Assembly (NCBI GenBank): GCA_964016885.1
Contig: OZ024741.1
Span: forward strand, 50,530,001 to 50,594,000
Origin: Eledone cirrhosa
Taxonomy: Eukaryota
Length of the DNA stretch: 64,000 nt
Direction: 5' to 3'
Shown here: positions 24,370 to 36,235 of the stretch, piece after piece
Position numbering within the stretch: the first letter of the stretch is position 1
Layout of the letters: each line of letters opens with the position of its first letter
Notes under the pieces: model-generated
Seen by the model: only the letters and a program-made list of their open reading frames with translations
Told to the model about the DNA's origin: nothing
Database searches by the model: none
Translations under genes and position numbers: made by a program

Positions 24370-27080
24370 ACCAAGGTCAGAAAAGACTGCACATGACAGA
24401 TGTGAACTCCATAGGTCATAATAAAGGCAACCCAGCTAGGAAAGTAGACACTCCAAATAAAAGAAAAACTGATATAAAGTGGAGAGGACTCTTGACTCCA
24501 GTAAGACAACCTCTCTAGTGCTGGTGGCATGAATAAAGCACCCAGTCCACACTATAAAGTGGTTAGTGGTAGGAAGGGCATCTAGCCAAAAAAACCTGAC
24601 AAAAATATGACAAACACAAATACGAATTTCACTGATTGCATATACAGGGCTAACACTAGTCATGTTAGTGCTTCAGACAGTAGTGGGGTGGTTAGAGTAG
24701 CCATGTGCGAGAACCCCTCAACTGTCATCAAGCAATTGCACAGGATTTCTCCCTTTCAGGTACATAGAACCTCTACACAAGTAAATAACAGCTACTGTCA
24801 AGATACAAATCTCAGGATTACCACCCTCAATGTTGGCACCCTGAAAGGTAAATCAGGTGAAATAGTAGAACTATTAGAGAGAAGAGAAGTAGATGTATGC
24901 TGTGTACAAGAAGTGAGATAGAAGGGTGCCTCTGCAAGACTAATCACAAGCAAACAACAGAGATATAAACTCTACTGGGTAGGAAATGATGATGGGGTAG
25001 GAGGTGTAGGCATCTTACTAGGTGAGAAGTGGGTTGATAAGGTGATAGAAGTAGTTAGAGTGACAGAATTATCAAGCTTAGAATAGTTGTAGGAAATAAA
25101 ATGGTGACAATTACATCTATCTATGTTCCATAGGCAGGACTAAATAAAGACCAAAAGGACATTCTATGAGGAACTTTTACAGACATCTTAGGTACTGATG
25201 AAAGAGATGTCATCAGCCTGGCAGGTGACTTCAATGGAGATGTGGGGCAGTATCAGGAAGGATTCTGTGGAGTTCACGGTGGCTATGGTTATGGCTCAAG
25301 AAAGAAGAGGGATTGAAGCTCCTGGAATTCTGTGATGCAAATGAACTAATCACCTGTATCACAAATTTCAGGAAACCAGCCAGCCACCTGATTTCATATC
25401 AATCAGGTGAACACACAAGCCAAATTGATTACTTACTCATAAGATAAGATAAACAAACTATAATAAACACTTTCCTGGTGTAGGCTCATGGCTTAGTGGT
25501 TAGAGCATTGGGCTTGCAAACGAAAGGTTGTGAGTTCGATTCTCGGACCGGGTGATGTGTTGTGTCCTTGAGCAAGACTCTTTATTTCATGTTGCTCCAG
25601 TTTACTCAACTGTAGAAATCAGTTGCAATCCTGCCAAATCAAAGGGTGGCAGTAGTTCCAGTTGCACGCATCAAAAGACTGGTGTAGTGGTTCTGAGAAC
25701 AATGCGGCTTTGCAGATGATCAATGAAAATTGACAATGGAAAGGTGCTCCTGATCGAGTTAGAAGAGAACTATTGACCTTCAGGAGAGGCAGCGACCCCT
25801 GATTGTATTCAGCAACTGAAACAAATATGAAGTACACCAAATCCAATGCTCCTAGTGGCGGCCCAGGTTCTTATTTGCGAGTGCAAACTCAGCCAGATTA
25901 GATTAGATTCCCAGTGGAAGAATGCACTGCCTAACACAAGTTAATTATTAGTGACACCAAAATAAACACAAGACAGAACAAGATATACAGGAAAATATGG
26001 AGACAGAGAGTTTGGAAACTAAGGGACCTCTAAGTTAAATATAAGTTTAGAAAGGCCCTACAGGATGCAGTAGATGAGATGGGTGATGAACTAGGTACAT
26101 ACAACATAGAGGACAATTGGAAATTCTTGTGTGACAACCTTTTGCAAACCACTGATGAGACTGTGGCTGGCGTAAAGCGCCAGCCAGACAGGGGTCACCT
26201 GGTGGTAGAACAGCACAGTGGATAGAGCCATTAAAGCCAAGAGACAGGCATGGAAAGACTAGAAAAAAAAAATGGGGATAGCAGAGACCTTGATCCCCTC
26301 AGGGAAGTGCCCCTGCTCCATATGTAGAAAAGGAGTAGGCATAAAGTCCATATGGAAGGATAACGGGTAGACTAACAGGAAACAAAGACTTTGTATGTAG
26401 AAGATGCACAGGAGTAATCAAGTGAAAGAATATCAGTAATGTAAACCTTTTCAAGTCACATGAAGGATCCATAGAAGTGGTTGATAGCTTCTGCTATCTA
26501 GGTGACTTAATTAGCAGCAGAGAGGGTGCTCTGAGAGCATAATAGCTAGAATAAGGAAAGGATAGAAGAATTTGGAGAGCTTCTCCCACTGTTGACAACA
26601 AAAAGTTTCTCCCTACATACAAAAGAATGACTGTATGATGCCTATATGCAAAGCGAGATGCTGCATGGTAATGAAACATGGGCAGTGACTGCAGAAGACA
26701 TGCGTAGACTGGAGAGAAATGAAGCAACCATGCTTTGTTGGATGTGTAATGTAAGTGTGAGAGAAAGGCAGAGCTTGGAAGAACTGAGGGAGAAACTGGG
26801 TTTAAGAGAAATCCAAGGCGGTATGCAGGAGAATAGACTGTGTTGGTACAGATATGTTATGCGCATGGATCATGACCGGGGGGTAAAGAAATGCCAGTGG
26901 AAGGAAGTCGCAGTAGAGGTAGACCAAGAAAGACCTGGACAGAGGTGGTAAGGGCCAACCTCAAATTGCTGAGACTTACAGAGGAAATGAAAGAACACAA
27001 CAAATGGAGAGATGCTGTACTGAGAAGGACCAAGCACAGAAAAATGGATGTAAAAACGATGATGATAATAATGATGATGG
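24370..27080 (+). mobile_element. Old RTE LINE (family C-like) with 5' UTR, endonuclease, internal deletion and short tail
   Basis: LRITTLNVGTLKGKSGEIVELLERREVDVCCVQEVR start; interrupted by a SINE at about 25484; RT C-terminus at 26460-27050. Confidence 0.82.
25484..25857 (+). mobile_element. CORE-SINE with a different tail, nested in an RTE
   Basis: Same tRNA head and CORE (25484-25620), then an unrelated tail; the RTE frame resumes at about 25908. Confidence 0.65.
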
Positions 27081-27284
27081 TGTGTATGCAGTTATGTACA
27101 AGTTCTATTGTATGTATATAAGTGTGTATGTAGTTATACAAATTTCCCTTGTATATATATATATATATATGTGTGTAAGTAAGTGTGTATCTAGTTATGT
27201 AGAATGTCCTTTGCCCTTTTGTCACACGTTTATTCAATACCAAAATATAATTGAAACAGTTGATCAGAAACTGGCTCTGCTTAC

Positions 27285-27407
27285 TTGGATATGGTGGCAT
27301 AGCTTCAGGAACTGGTGACCTAGAGCCACCTGCTCCACTGTACATATCATTGAATCTGAAACCTAAGCCATCACTTCTCCTCATCTCCTTGAAAGTACGT
27401 TTAACAC
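27285..27407 (-). CDS. RBM45: RBM45 coding exon 6 (linker)
   Basis: Long polypyrimidine tract + ctacag, (G)VKRTFKEMRRSDGLGFRFNDMYSGAGGSRSPVPEAMPPYP, donor gtaagc; 123 nt, phase 1-1. Confidence 0.78.
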
Positions 27408-27469
27408 CTGTAGAAAAAAAAAGAAAAAAAATCAAATACCACAAGTCTGAAAATAATTACTGATCATCA

Positions 27470-28370
27470 ATTCATCATCATTTTACGTCCGCTTTTCCCT
27501 GCTTGCAAGGGTGGGGTGGGTCCTATTCAGCACAGCATATCTCAACTTGTTACGGTCCTTCGTCATTTCCTCCGTGAGTTTCAGCAACCTGAGGTCTGCT
27601 CTCACCACCTCTGCCCATGTTTTTCGTGGTCTACCGCTACTGCGTCTTCCTTCTACTGGGATTTCTTGGCACTTCTTTACCCAGCGGTCATCGTCCATGC
27701 GCATCACATGTCCATACCATCTCAGTCTTCTCTCCTGTACTCCACAACTTATCCCTCTTATACCCAATTTCTTTCTCAACTCGTCTATGCTTGGTCGTTC
27801 ACACACATTGACATTGCACATCCAACAGAGCATGCTTGCTTCACTTCTCTCCAGCCATCGCATATCCTCTGCAGTTGCTGCCCATGTCTCACTACCATGC
27901 AGCATCGCACATCTCACACAGGCATCATATAACCATCCTTTCGTATGCAGGGAGAAACCCTTCTTTGTCAACAGAGGAAGCAGCTCACTAAACTTCTTCC
28001 AACCCATCCTTATTCTAGCTACTATGGCCTTGGAACACCCCCCTCCCATGCTAATCTGATCACTTAGGTACCGGAAGCTATCAACCACTTTTATAGAACC
28101 CACCCGCATTGGAAAAATGTGTCTATCACTGTGATTACTACTACAAACTTTCCATGTACATCTACTGCATACATAGTTTTCCCTACCTGTTAGTTTGCCT
28201 GCTATCCGCCTACATCTCTTGTGTACTCAAGATCTGTATTGCATACATTTTATGGAATTTATGCCAGTTCCTTTCCTACATATTGAACATGGCCATTTCC
28301 ATGATGGAGTCAGAGTATTGTCCTCTCTTCTACTTATCAACACTTTTGTCTTAGCTATGTTCATTCTCAA
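27470..28370 (-). mobile_element. RTE LINE family C, 3' part
   Basis: ORF 27483-28109 (MLHGSETW, RLRWYGHVMRM, GRPRKTW) runs right up to the (ATG)n tail; almost no 3' UTR. Confidence 0.9.
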
Positions 28371-29101
28371 TTATTATTTTTTATGTCTGCTTCTGCATGT
28401 TGCCATATTTTGGAGGAGAATTTTTGAAGCAGTATTCTGCAACAGAGTGACAGCCCAATACCTGTTTTAAGTAGGGGAAGAGTGGTAAGAAAGTTAGATA
28501 AAATGTTTGCCGTTATCATTTCGATTCACTGCTCTCTGAGGTTAAATCCCACTGAAGTCAAGTTTGCCTTTCATCCATTTGAGGCTGATAAAAAAAGTAC
28601 CAGCTTAGTATTGAGGGTTGATTCTTCCTCCATGTCTCTTTCTCACTTCCATTCTCTCACTCTCTAACTTTCTTTGGAAGAAATCTACCGTATTCGGACT
28701 TGGAGAAGAAGTGGGCTATGCCAGATTTTAAAATGCCCTAAAAATGCCATATGTCACTATGGTGCCCCTGGGACTCCTTCAGTGCATTTGACATGCATTG
28801 ACTTGTCAAACTAGTGAGTAGCAGAACATAAATGCCACCAACTGAACAAACAGTGGTCAAATGCAAAGTAAAGACCACTTGAACTAACAGTGGTCAAAAC
28901 CAAAGTAAAGACCACCTGAACTAACAGTGGTCAAATGAAAAGTAAAGACAAAATGCATGGAGACTCACACACATATATACCATAATTTAAAAACTATTTC
29001 CTTGACTAGAAAATGTTGGACAGGCCATTACAGACCAAGTCAATACTTAATTGGAGTTACTAACCTCTTAGATAGGCTAGGACTTGTATCACATGTTCCT
29101 G

Positions 29102-29665
29102 CACTAGCTCCATTTCATTGTGACACCAGCACTAGGTTCATTTCATTTTAACACCAGTACTGGCTCCATTTTATTGTGACACCAACACTAGCTCCATTTC
29201 ATTGTAATACCAGCACTAGGTTCATTTCATTGTAACAGCAGCATTAGCTCCATTTCATTTACACCAGCACTAGGTTCCATTTCATTGTGACACCAGCACT
29301 AGGTTCATTTCATTGTGACACCAGCACTAGCTCCATTTCATTGTGACACCAGCACTAGCTCCATTTCATTGTGACACCAGCACTAGCTCCATTTCATTGT
29401 GACACCAGCACTAGCTTCATTTCATTGTGACACCAGCACTAGCTCCATTTCATTGTGACACCAGCACTAGCTCCATTTCATTGTGACACCAGCACTAGCT
29501 TCATTTCATTGTGACACCAGCACTAGCTCCATTTCATTGTGACACCAGCACTAGCTCCATTTCATTGTGACACCAGCACTAGCTTCATTTCATTGTGACA
29601 CCAGCACTAGCTCCATTTCATTGTGACACCAGCACTAGCTCCATTTCATTGACACCAGCACTAGG
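29102..29665. repeat. 28-bp minisatellite, about 20 units
   Basis: cactagctccatttcattgtgacaccag units. Confidence 0.95.
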
Positions 29666-29909
29666 GAGTTGTCATGTCTGGAGAGACCTCATGACCCTAT
29701 GTTTAACATGTTTTCTAATCTACATTTTTCAGAGTGAACTAGAGTGGTTGTTGTGCTATAAATGAAGGGTCCTATCAACCCTATTTGGCATGGGTTCTAC
29801 AAGTGGATGCCCTTCCTAACAGTAACCATTTTACAGAGTGTATTGGGTGCATAAATATCACCAGCTTTTCACAAAGTGCTAATCAATAAAGCATGTTAGT
29901 ACAACATAC

Positions 29910-30029
29910 CTTGGTCCCTATAATCGTAGTTGTCACCACCACTTCCACCATCTTCCCCTCCATCACTATTGTGTTCATATTCTTTTTCTTGACGAGAAAC
30001 TTTGGGTTCAGCGAACCTGGGCCTGAACA
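29910..30029 (-). CDS. RBM45: RBM45 coding exon 5 (end of RRM2, Gly-rich linker)
   Basis: (V)FRPRFAEPKVSRQEKEYEHNSDGGEDGGSGGDNYDYRDQ, cf. human FRAILAEPK; ag and gtatgt boundaries, phase 1-1. Confidence 0.88.
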
Positions 30030-30270
30030 CTTTGTAATATAGAGAAATGGAAATAATGACACATAAAAGATATGAAAAATTATTGACTTGATTAATAAAG
30101 GATGTAGACTATTATGTGACTGACAGAGAGACCTCTGTATGACAAACACAGACCACTGTTATGTAGTTCATAAACAACACCACTTGCTTTAATTTTGAAT
30201 ATGAAGATATGGAGAGAGACAGACATGCACATATATATATAATATATAATATATATATATATATATATAA

Positions 30271-30612
30271 ATCATCATCATCATTTCATTTTACGTCCAC
30301 TTTTCCCTGCTTGCAAGGGTGGGACGGGAACTGATTCTGGCTTGATTTCTACAGCTAGATGCCCTTCCTAACACCAACCTCATTTACAGTGAGTGCTGGG
30401 TGCTTTTTTGCCGTGGCACCTCCACGACCACTTTGCAGTGGAATGATAGGGACCCCAGTCTCTATCATCTCATTTCTACAGCTGAGTAAACTGGAGCAAT
30501 GTGAAATAAAGTGTCTTGCTCAAGGAAACAACACATCACCCGGTCTGAGAATTGAACTCACAACCTTTTGATTGCAAGGCCAATGCTCTAACCACTAAGC
30601 CATGTGCCTCCA
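30271..30612 (-). mobile_element. CORE-SINE copy
   Basis: Near identical to 1372-1712; tail abuts (TA)n. Confidence 0.85.
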
Positions 30613-30821
30613 TCTAATAGTGTAGATCTGTCTATCAAATTTACTGACAAAGTATTGGTTGGTCAGAGTCTTCAGTAGAAAGTATTAACTTAAGGTGATA
30701 TGCTGCAGTGGGATTAAACTTGAACCTAGTTTGTTACAAACTGAACTTCTTAACCACAAAACCATGTCAATACTTTTATGATTAAATCATATAAAAAAGA
30801 AGAGTCAACTAAGACACATAC

Positions 30822-30936
30822 CTGGGTCACATGACTCAAAAGCCAGTGCAGCATGGTAAGGGCGGTAGAATTGAACATAACCAAATCCAGATTTCCAACC
30901 ATTCAAGACAGTTACAGACTTAATTTCTCCAAATTT
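30822..30936 (-). CDS. RBM45: RBM45 coding exon 4 (RRM2)
   Basis: Acceptor ttttcag, KFGEIKSVTVLNGWKSGFGYVQFYRPYHAALAFESCDP, donor gtatgt; RNP1 motif GFGYVQF. Confidence 0.9.
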
Positions 30937-31049
30937 CTGAAAATAATTAAAAGTATACACAGTAGCTATGAGATTAAAGATGAGAGGAAGAGGAGGAGAC
31001 GATGACGAGGCCGCCTATGGACTACTCCAATGACAGATGACAGTGAACT

Positions 31050-32200
31050 GATCACAGCTGCTTACTTCAATGGACATGTTGTGAAACATTATGAGGGATT
31101 CTGTGGCATACATAGAAGCTATGGTTATGGCAAAAGAAATGAGGAAAAGACTAGTCTTCAGGAGTTCTGTGATGCTCTCAACTTAACCTTTTAGCATTCA
31201 CATTACTCTATATATACTATTGTATTTTCACAGTAAAGGCTTTACCTCAAATAATATCGAATCTAGGGCGGAGGATTGACAGTATCAGTAGAGGGTCGGA
31301 CGCCATGCTTTGCAGCAAAGAGTTACGGCTCTTTATGGTCTGATTTCAAATCTCGCCGAAGTTAACTTTGCCTTTCATCCTTAAGGGGTCGATAAAATAA
31401 AGTACCAGTAATACACTGGGATAATTGCTGGCCTTGTGCCAAAAGTAGAAACAATTATATCGAATTTGGTATTATTTATTTTGAGACCAATACCTTAATG
31501 TCGGAATAAGCAGCCAGTTGCAACCAGTTTGAACAGAAAGAGGTGAGAGAATTCTGGCCAGATATGGCCGGTTTAAATGCTAAATGGTTAATGTTCTGTA
31601 ACACAAACTTTAAGAAACCGTCCAGCCACCTGATTACCTACCAATCATGAGGGCATACAAGCCAAATACACTTCACCCTCACCAGGAAACACGACAGGCA
31701 AATGGTTGTAAATGTCAAAGCATTTCCTAGAGAACAATGTACCTTCCAACATAGACTGGTTGCCAATGACCTTAGAATAAGTGCTGGATGGACTAAGAGA
31801 CAAAAACCAGCCTGGAGAAGGAAAACTTGGAAGCTAAGAGAACCTGTGGCAGGTAACAAATAGAGAAATCCTACTTGACGCCTTTGACAGTAAAGAAGAA
31901 GAGATGGAGACATATAACATAGAGGAAAACTGGGGTTATCTACAAGACGACCTGCTGGAAGCCACAAACCAGGCCTGCAGCTGGAGCAAGGTCTCAGCAT
32001 GATGGAAGATGACATGGTGGTAAAATGATAAGGTAGATAAAGCCATAAAAACAAAAAGACAAGCATGGGGTGACTGGAGGAAAAGGGAGATGGAGAAATA
32101 CCAAATAGCTAGAAGTGACCAGGCCCTAGGTATACCCAGCAAGGGCAGAGGCAGAAAAGAAGAAATCTGCTCATGTTCTGCATCTTGAAGCTCAGAGGTG
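31050..32200 (+). mobile_element. Degenerate RTE endonuclease/linker fragment with nested MITE and SINE
   Basis: FNGHV, GYGKRNEE and TNFKKP remnants on both sides of the 31183-31590 insertion. Confidence 0.7.
31267..31455 (+). mobile_element. Meta-type SINE nested in a piggyBac-type MITE
   Basis: Same family as 430-620; flanked by a duplicated atatcgaat. Confidence 0.7.
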
Positions 32201-32356
32201 TATACATATATATATATTGTGAAAACGTCAACAAGAAAATAGTGATCTCTCAGAACTAATAGTTATTATGATTCATATATATAACTGCAGGATGTGGTTG
32301 TAAATCGTATCTTCAGTTGTAATATTGTGTGCACAAATCATAATAAATATGTACAA

Positions 32357-32577
32357 GTGGTCATGTAGGTGTCACAACAAAAAGCACCGAGCCCACACAC
32401 TGTAAAATGGTCATGTAGGTGTCATGATAAAAAGCACCCAGCCCACACTGTAAAGTGGTTGTGTAGGTGTTACGACAAAAAGCACCCAGCCCACACTGTA
32501 AAGTAGTTGTGTAAGTGTCACGGCAAAAAGCACCTAGCTCATACTGTAAAGTGGTCGTGTAGGTGTCACGACAAAAA
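32357..32577. repeat. Tandem repeat of about 46 bp from the RTE 3' UTR motif, about 5 units
   Basis: gtggtcatgtaggtgtcacaacaaaaagcacccagcccacactgtaaa units. Confidence 0.85.
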
Positions 32578-32835
32578 GGTGATGATGATAGGTATATTAG
32601 TGAAACCATATCAGCCAAGCCAGGGGTTATATTAGCCAAGATGCATGAAGAATGTTACCCTACATTTGCCATATTGAATGAAGAGAAAGAAACTAGATCA
32701 GAGCTAACCAAAGTATACAATAGTGGGCTTGACATAGGTAAAGGGAGGATAGATCCAAGAAGTTGATAGGTAGGTAGATGCGCAGAAATATGGCTGATGA
32801 GAGAGAATTTAACAGAGAACAGGAATGTAACCTAC

Positions 32836-32961
32836 CTCAAATTCTGCATGGAGATCTTCGTCTGTATATGTCTTTGGAACAAGGACAAATAGCCGGACTA
32901 GTTTCTCCTTTTGTCGAAGATCTCGTACAGAACCATCTTGTTTTGAACTGGCAATGAACAC
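32836..32961 (-). CDS. RBM45: RBM45 coding exon 3 (end of RRM1, start of RRM2)
   Basis: VFIASSKQDGSVRDLRQKEKLVRLFVLVPKTYTDEDLHAEFE, cf. human VFIAQSRSSGS...RIFVMIPKSYTEEDL; ag and gtaggt boundaries, phase 0-0. Confidence 0.9.
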
Positions 32962-33115
32962 CTTCAAAATATAGGGATTTAGTAATTATTCAAATATATA
33001 CTGTCTGGAATATAGATCCTAATAAATACTCTCCCAAATATACATCTCATATACATATATATATATATAAAATAAAATAAATAAGTCAAATATTTAAAAT
33101 TTGGCTTCGTTTATT

Positions 33116-33170
33116 ACTGCTATATATATTTCGGTGACAGCCATCTTTGGCTGTGACCTCTTCAGGCAGT
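33116..33170 (-). ncRNA. Type I hammerhead ribozyme motif (mirror copy, sense in RBM45 pre-mRNA)
   Basis: Exact reverse complement of 33411-33465. Confidence 0.8.
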
Positions 33171-33410
33171 CCGAATTGGTGTGGTAGAGACGGGTACACA
33201 TGTTGTTGAGGTGTTTAACTCCGTCAATACTCTGATATGCCCAGTTCCTGGTTGGGTTGTTATTTCTCTGAGGAACTGGAATCATATGATCATATGATTC
33301 CAGTTCCTTAGAGAAATAACAACACAACAAGGAGCTGGACATATCGATGTATTGACGGAGTAAAACACACTTCAACAACATGTGTACCTGTCTTTCCCAC
33401 ACCAATTTGG

Positions 33411-33465
33411 ACTGCCTGAAGAGGTCACAGCCAAAGATGGCTGTCACCGAAATATATATAGCAGT
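33411..33465 (+). ncRNA. Type I hammerhead ribozyme motif
   Basis: ACUGC-CUGAAGA-GGUCACAGCCA(AAGA)UGGCUGUCACC-GAAA-UAUAUA-UA|GCAGU: helix I ACUGC/GCAGU, 11-bp helix II with one mismatch, minimal palindromic helix III. Confidence 0.8.
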
Positions 33466-33623
33466 AATAAACGAAGCCAAATTTTAAATATTTGACTTAT
33501 TTATTTTATTTTACATTACTCCGGAGCAACCAAACCAACCTGCATACTTCGTCGAGTGCTCCAATCTGCATACTGAGGTGTCGGTAAACAACCAACATAT
33601 ACTCAAAAATATATATATATATA

Positions 33624-33776
33624 TATTTGAAAAAAGAGGAAGAATGACATCATCGGTGGTTGATGTTCTTTAATAATTCAAATCTTTACGATCAATAATG
33701 ACTTATTGTAAAGATTTGAATTGTTAGAGAACATCAACCACAAGTGAAGTCATTCTTCCCCTCGTTTCAAATTTAT
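33624..33776. repeat. Imperfect inverted repeat (arms of about 70 bp) between (TA)n tracts
   Basis: gaagaatgac...ttcaaatctttacgat pairs with attgtaaagatttgaa...gtcattcttc. Confidence 0.7.
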
Positions 33777-34919
33777 CTTCATTTTCTAATATATATATAT
33801 ATCCTTTATGTTGTATGGTTTAATTAATAGGTAGCTGGGTTTGTGATTCAGTCATTCTGATGAACAGACCATGATGCAATAAGCAAAAGCATTCAACATT
33901 ATGTGTATCTTAGATCATAGATGTGGTGTCCCGTGTTTGGTACAGGAACAGAATTAAATACTGCAATGGAAATATAAGAAGGCCAGATTCCAATAACTTC
34001 CTGTATTGTTGCTTAATTATATAAAATATTTATGTCATCAGACCATGAAGCAAAACAATCGGTCACATCAGATGGCAAAAACATAAAAGATTTAATTAAG
34101 TAATCCTTAATATAAACAAACGATATGGAGGCAGTCTGGCTTGCCATGCTATCACTAATACGTCATCGCCTCCGTACACTCATACAATTGATAATCCATT
34201 GCATTGTGGGTTAGTAGGTATAGCCAAAGGGGCTTTGTATGTTTGACATCCTTGGTTCTATCCCCAGTCTACTCTCAGTGATACTCTACTCATCTATTGA
34301 ACCATTCATATTTTTGTTTTTTCCATCCTTCTTGGCCCCTCCACATTCATCATCTATGTCTCACTCATGGTATTTCTTATACATGCAACATATACCTTTC
34401 CCTTCAGTTTAGAAACACTCCCCTCCTCATTAACATACATTTGGTTCCCTGAACTTTTCCCATGCACAACTTATTCTAGATACTATCCACTGAATATGTC
34501 CCCAAGATAAAGTGTTTTCACACCATTCCCAAGATCCTCCTCAACATCCTCTCCATCTGTAGCTCCTTCCATAAACATGTTACACACAAATCTAGCTACC
34601 ACATTATTTAATAATCCCTTCACACCATTACATTTTAATGAAAGGAGCAAGTGATATATATAATCACATATTAATGTAGTAAATAGTTATATTCTTGACA
34701 TCTAATTCTGTCTGGAGTCATTTAATTGAAACTGGCTTCTAGTTTACAACTAACTTTTCAAATATATGCCAAATATGGATTTAATTTAATAGATACATTT
34801 ATAGTAGAATCTGCTAATTTTTTTTATGAAATAAATCTGGCAACCATAATTAGATAATGAGAGAGAGAGAGAAAGTAGGGATTAGAAGTGTAATTAATGT
34901 AAAGTAATAATTAACTAAC

Positions 34920-35017
34920 CTTGAGAAGTTTGGGATGACCAGGAATACATTTGCCATTCATCTTTTCCATTGCTAAGAAAGCAGCTGAGGTCTTGTTAAA
35001 TTTGATATACACAACAC
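34920..35017 (-). CDS. RBM45: RBM45 coding exon 2 (RRM1 RNP1)
   Basis: Acceptor tttcag, (G)VVYIKFNKTSAAFLAMEKMNGKCIPGHPKLLK, donor gttagt; phase fits exon 1. Not in the ORF track, translated by hand. Confidence 0.9.
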
Positions 35018-35029
35018 CTGAAATATACA

Positions 35030-35885
35030 AATGAAAAGGCTTTTCAAGATCAACAAAAGTTACATATAGAGGCTTATTCTTGGCTAGGAACTTTTCTTGT
35101 TATTGTCTCACTAGGAAGAAGACATCTGTAGTACTTTTCTCAGGCATAAAACCAAACTACATCTCGTTTAACTTTGCTCTTTCCCTAATTAACTGTGCTA
35201 TAACTCGTTACGTCATTTTCATAACTTTGTACATTAGTTTTATTCCTCTCTAGTTGCTCCTTTCTAGAGCATTACCTTTGCTCTTGTAGCAGTCAATGAG
35301 TGTACTGCTGTGCCAATCATTGGGTCACCAATCTGTATTACCTGATTGACTATGTGGTTGACTAGTTTGGCTCCTACTTCTCCTTGTGCTTTTAGCACCA
35401 CAGCAACTATTTCTGATGGTCCTGTGGCTTTATCATTCTTCATCTCCTTGATTACTTCTTTGACCCTATAACTGTCAATTCCAATAGCTGGTCCTTCTGT
35501 TAGGTCAGCAGGGCATAGTCTCTCATTCTCCCATTCATTCTCTACATATATCAGCCTCACACAGCAACATTTCCAAACCTCTTTCTTTTGAGCACTAGTG
35601 ATGCTTAATGTACAGGAGTCATTTCAAATACAATTTTCCCCAACAACATCCCAATTCACCTCACTTAAAAGCGCCCAGTCCATACTGTAAAATATTTGTT
35701 TTGGTGCCATGATAAAAAGCACCCAGTACACACTGTAAATGTGGTTGGCGTTAGGAAGGGTAAGCCAGAAACAGTCCTGTATGAGGAAGACATGGTAATC
35801 TGATCTGGCTTGTCTCACAATGAGACAACTCATCTAACCCATGCTAGCGTGGAAAAATGGACGTAAAATGGTTATGATGATGATG
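35030..35885. mobile_element. Minus-strand RTE RT fragment (35030-35620) plus plus-strand RTE 3' tail (35660-35885)
   Basis: KATGPSEIVA motif in ORF 35264-35560; tail cccatgctagcgtggaaaaatggacgtaaaa followed by (TGA)n. Confidence 0.7.
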
Positions 35886-35903
35886 ATAATATATATATAT
35901 ATT

Positions 35904-36235
35904 AGGAGGCACATGGCTTAGTGGTTAGAGCATTGGCCTTGCAATCGAAAGGTTGTGAGTTCAATTCTCAGACCGGGTGATGTGTTGTTCCCTTGAGCAA
36001 GACACTTTATTTCACATTGCTCCAGTTTACTCAGCTGTAGAAATGAGATGATAGGGACTGGGGTCCTTATCATTCCACTGCAAAGTGGTCGTGGAGGTGC
36101 CACGGCAAAAAAGCACCCAGCACTCACTGTAAATGAGGTTGGTGTTAGGAAGGGCATCCAGCTGTAGAAATCAAGCCAGAATCAGTTCCCGTCCCACCCT
36201 TGCAAGCAGGGAAAAGCGGACGTAAAATGATGATG

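Larger units (their letters stand above)
33068..33511. repeat. Spacer-less palindrome of about 444 bp with hammerhead motifs (Penelope-like inverted pLTR)
   Basis: Centre GA|TC at 33289/33290; the outer ~100 bp of the arms are perfectly complementary; flanked by (TA)n. Confidence 0.9.

Noticed and set aside
33094-33480. 128-aa ORF
   Set aside because: Lies wholly inside the palindrome and has no protein signature.
33624-33776. Hammerhead in the second inverted repeat
   Set aside because: A CCGAUGA-like half is present but there is no GAAA partner or helix I.
35904-35985. tRNA gene
   Set aside because: The A/B boxes belong to a SINE head followed by CORE and a LINE tail; multiple dispersed copies and no clean acceptor stem.
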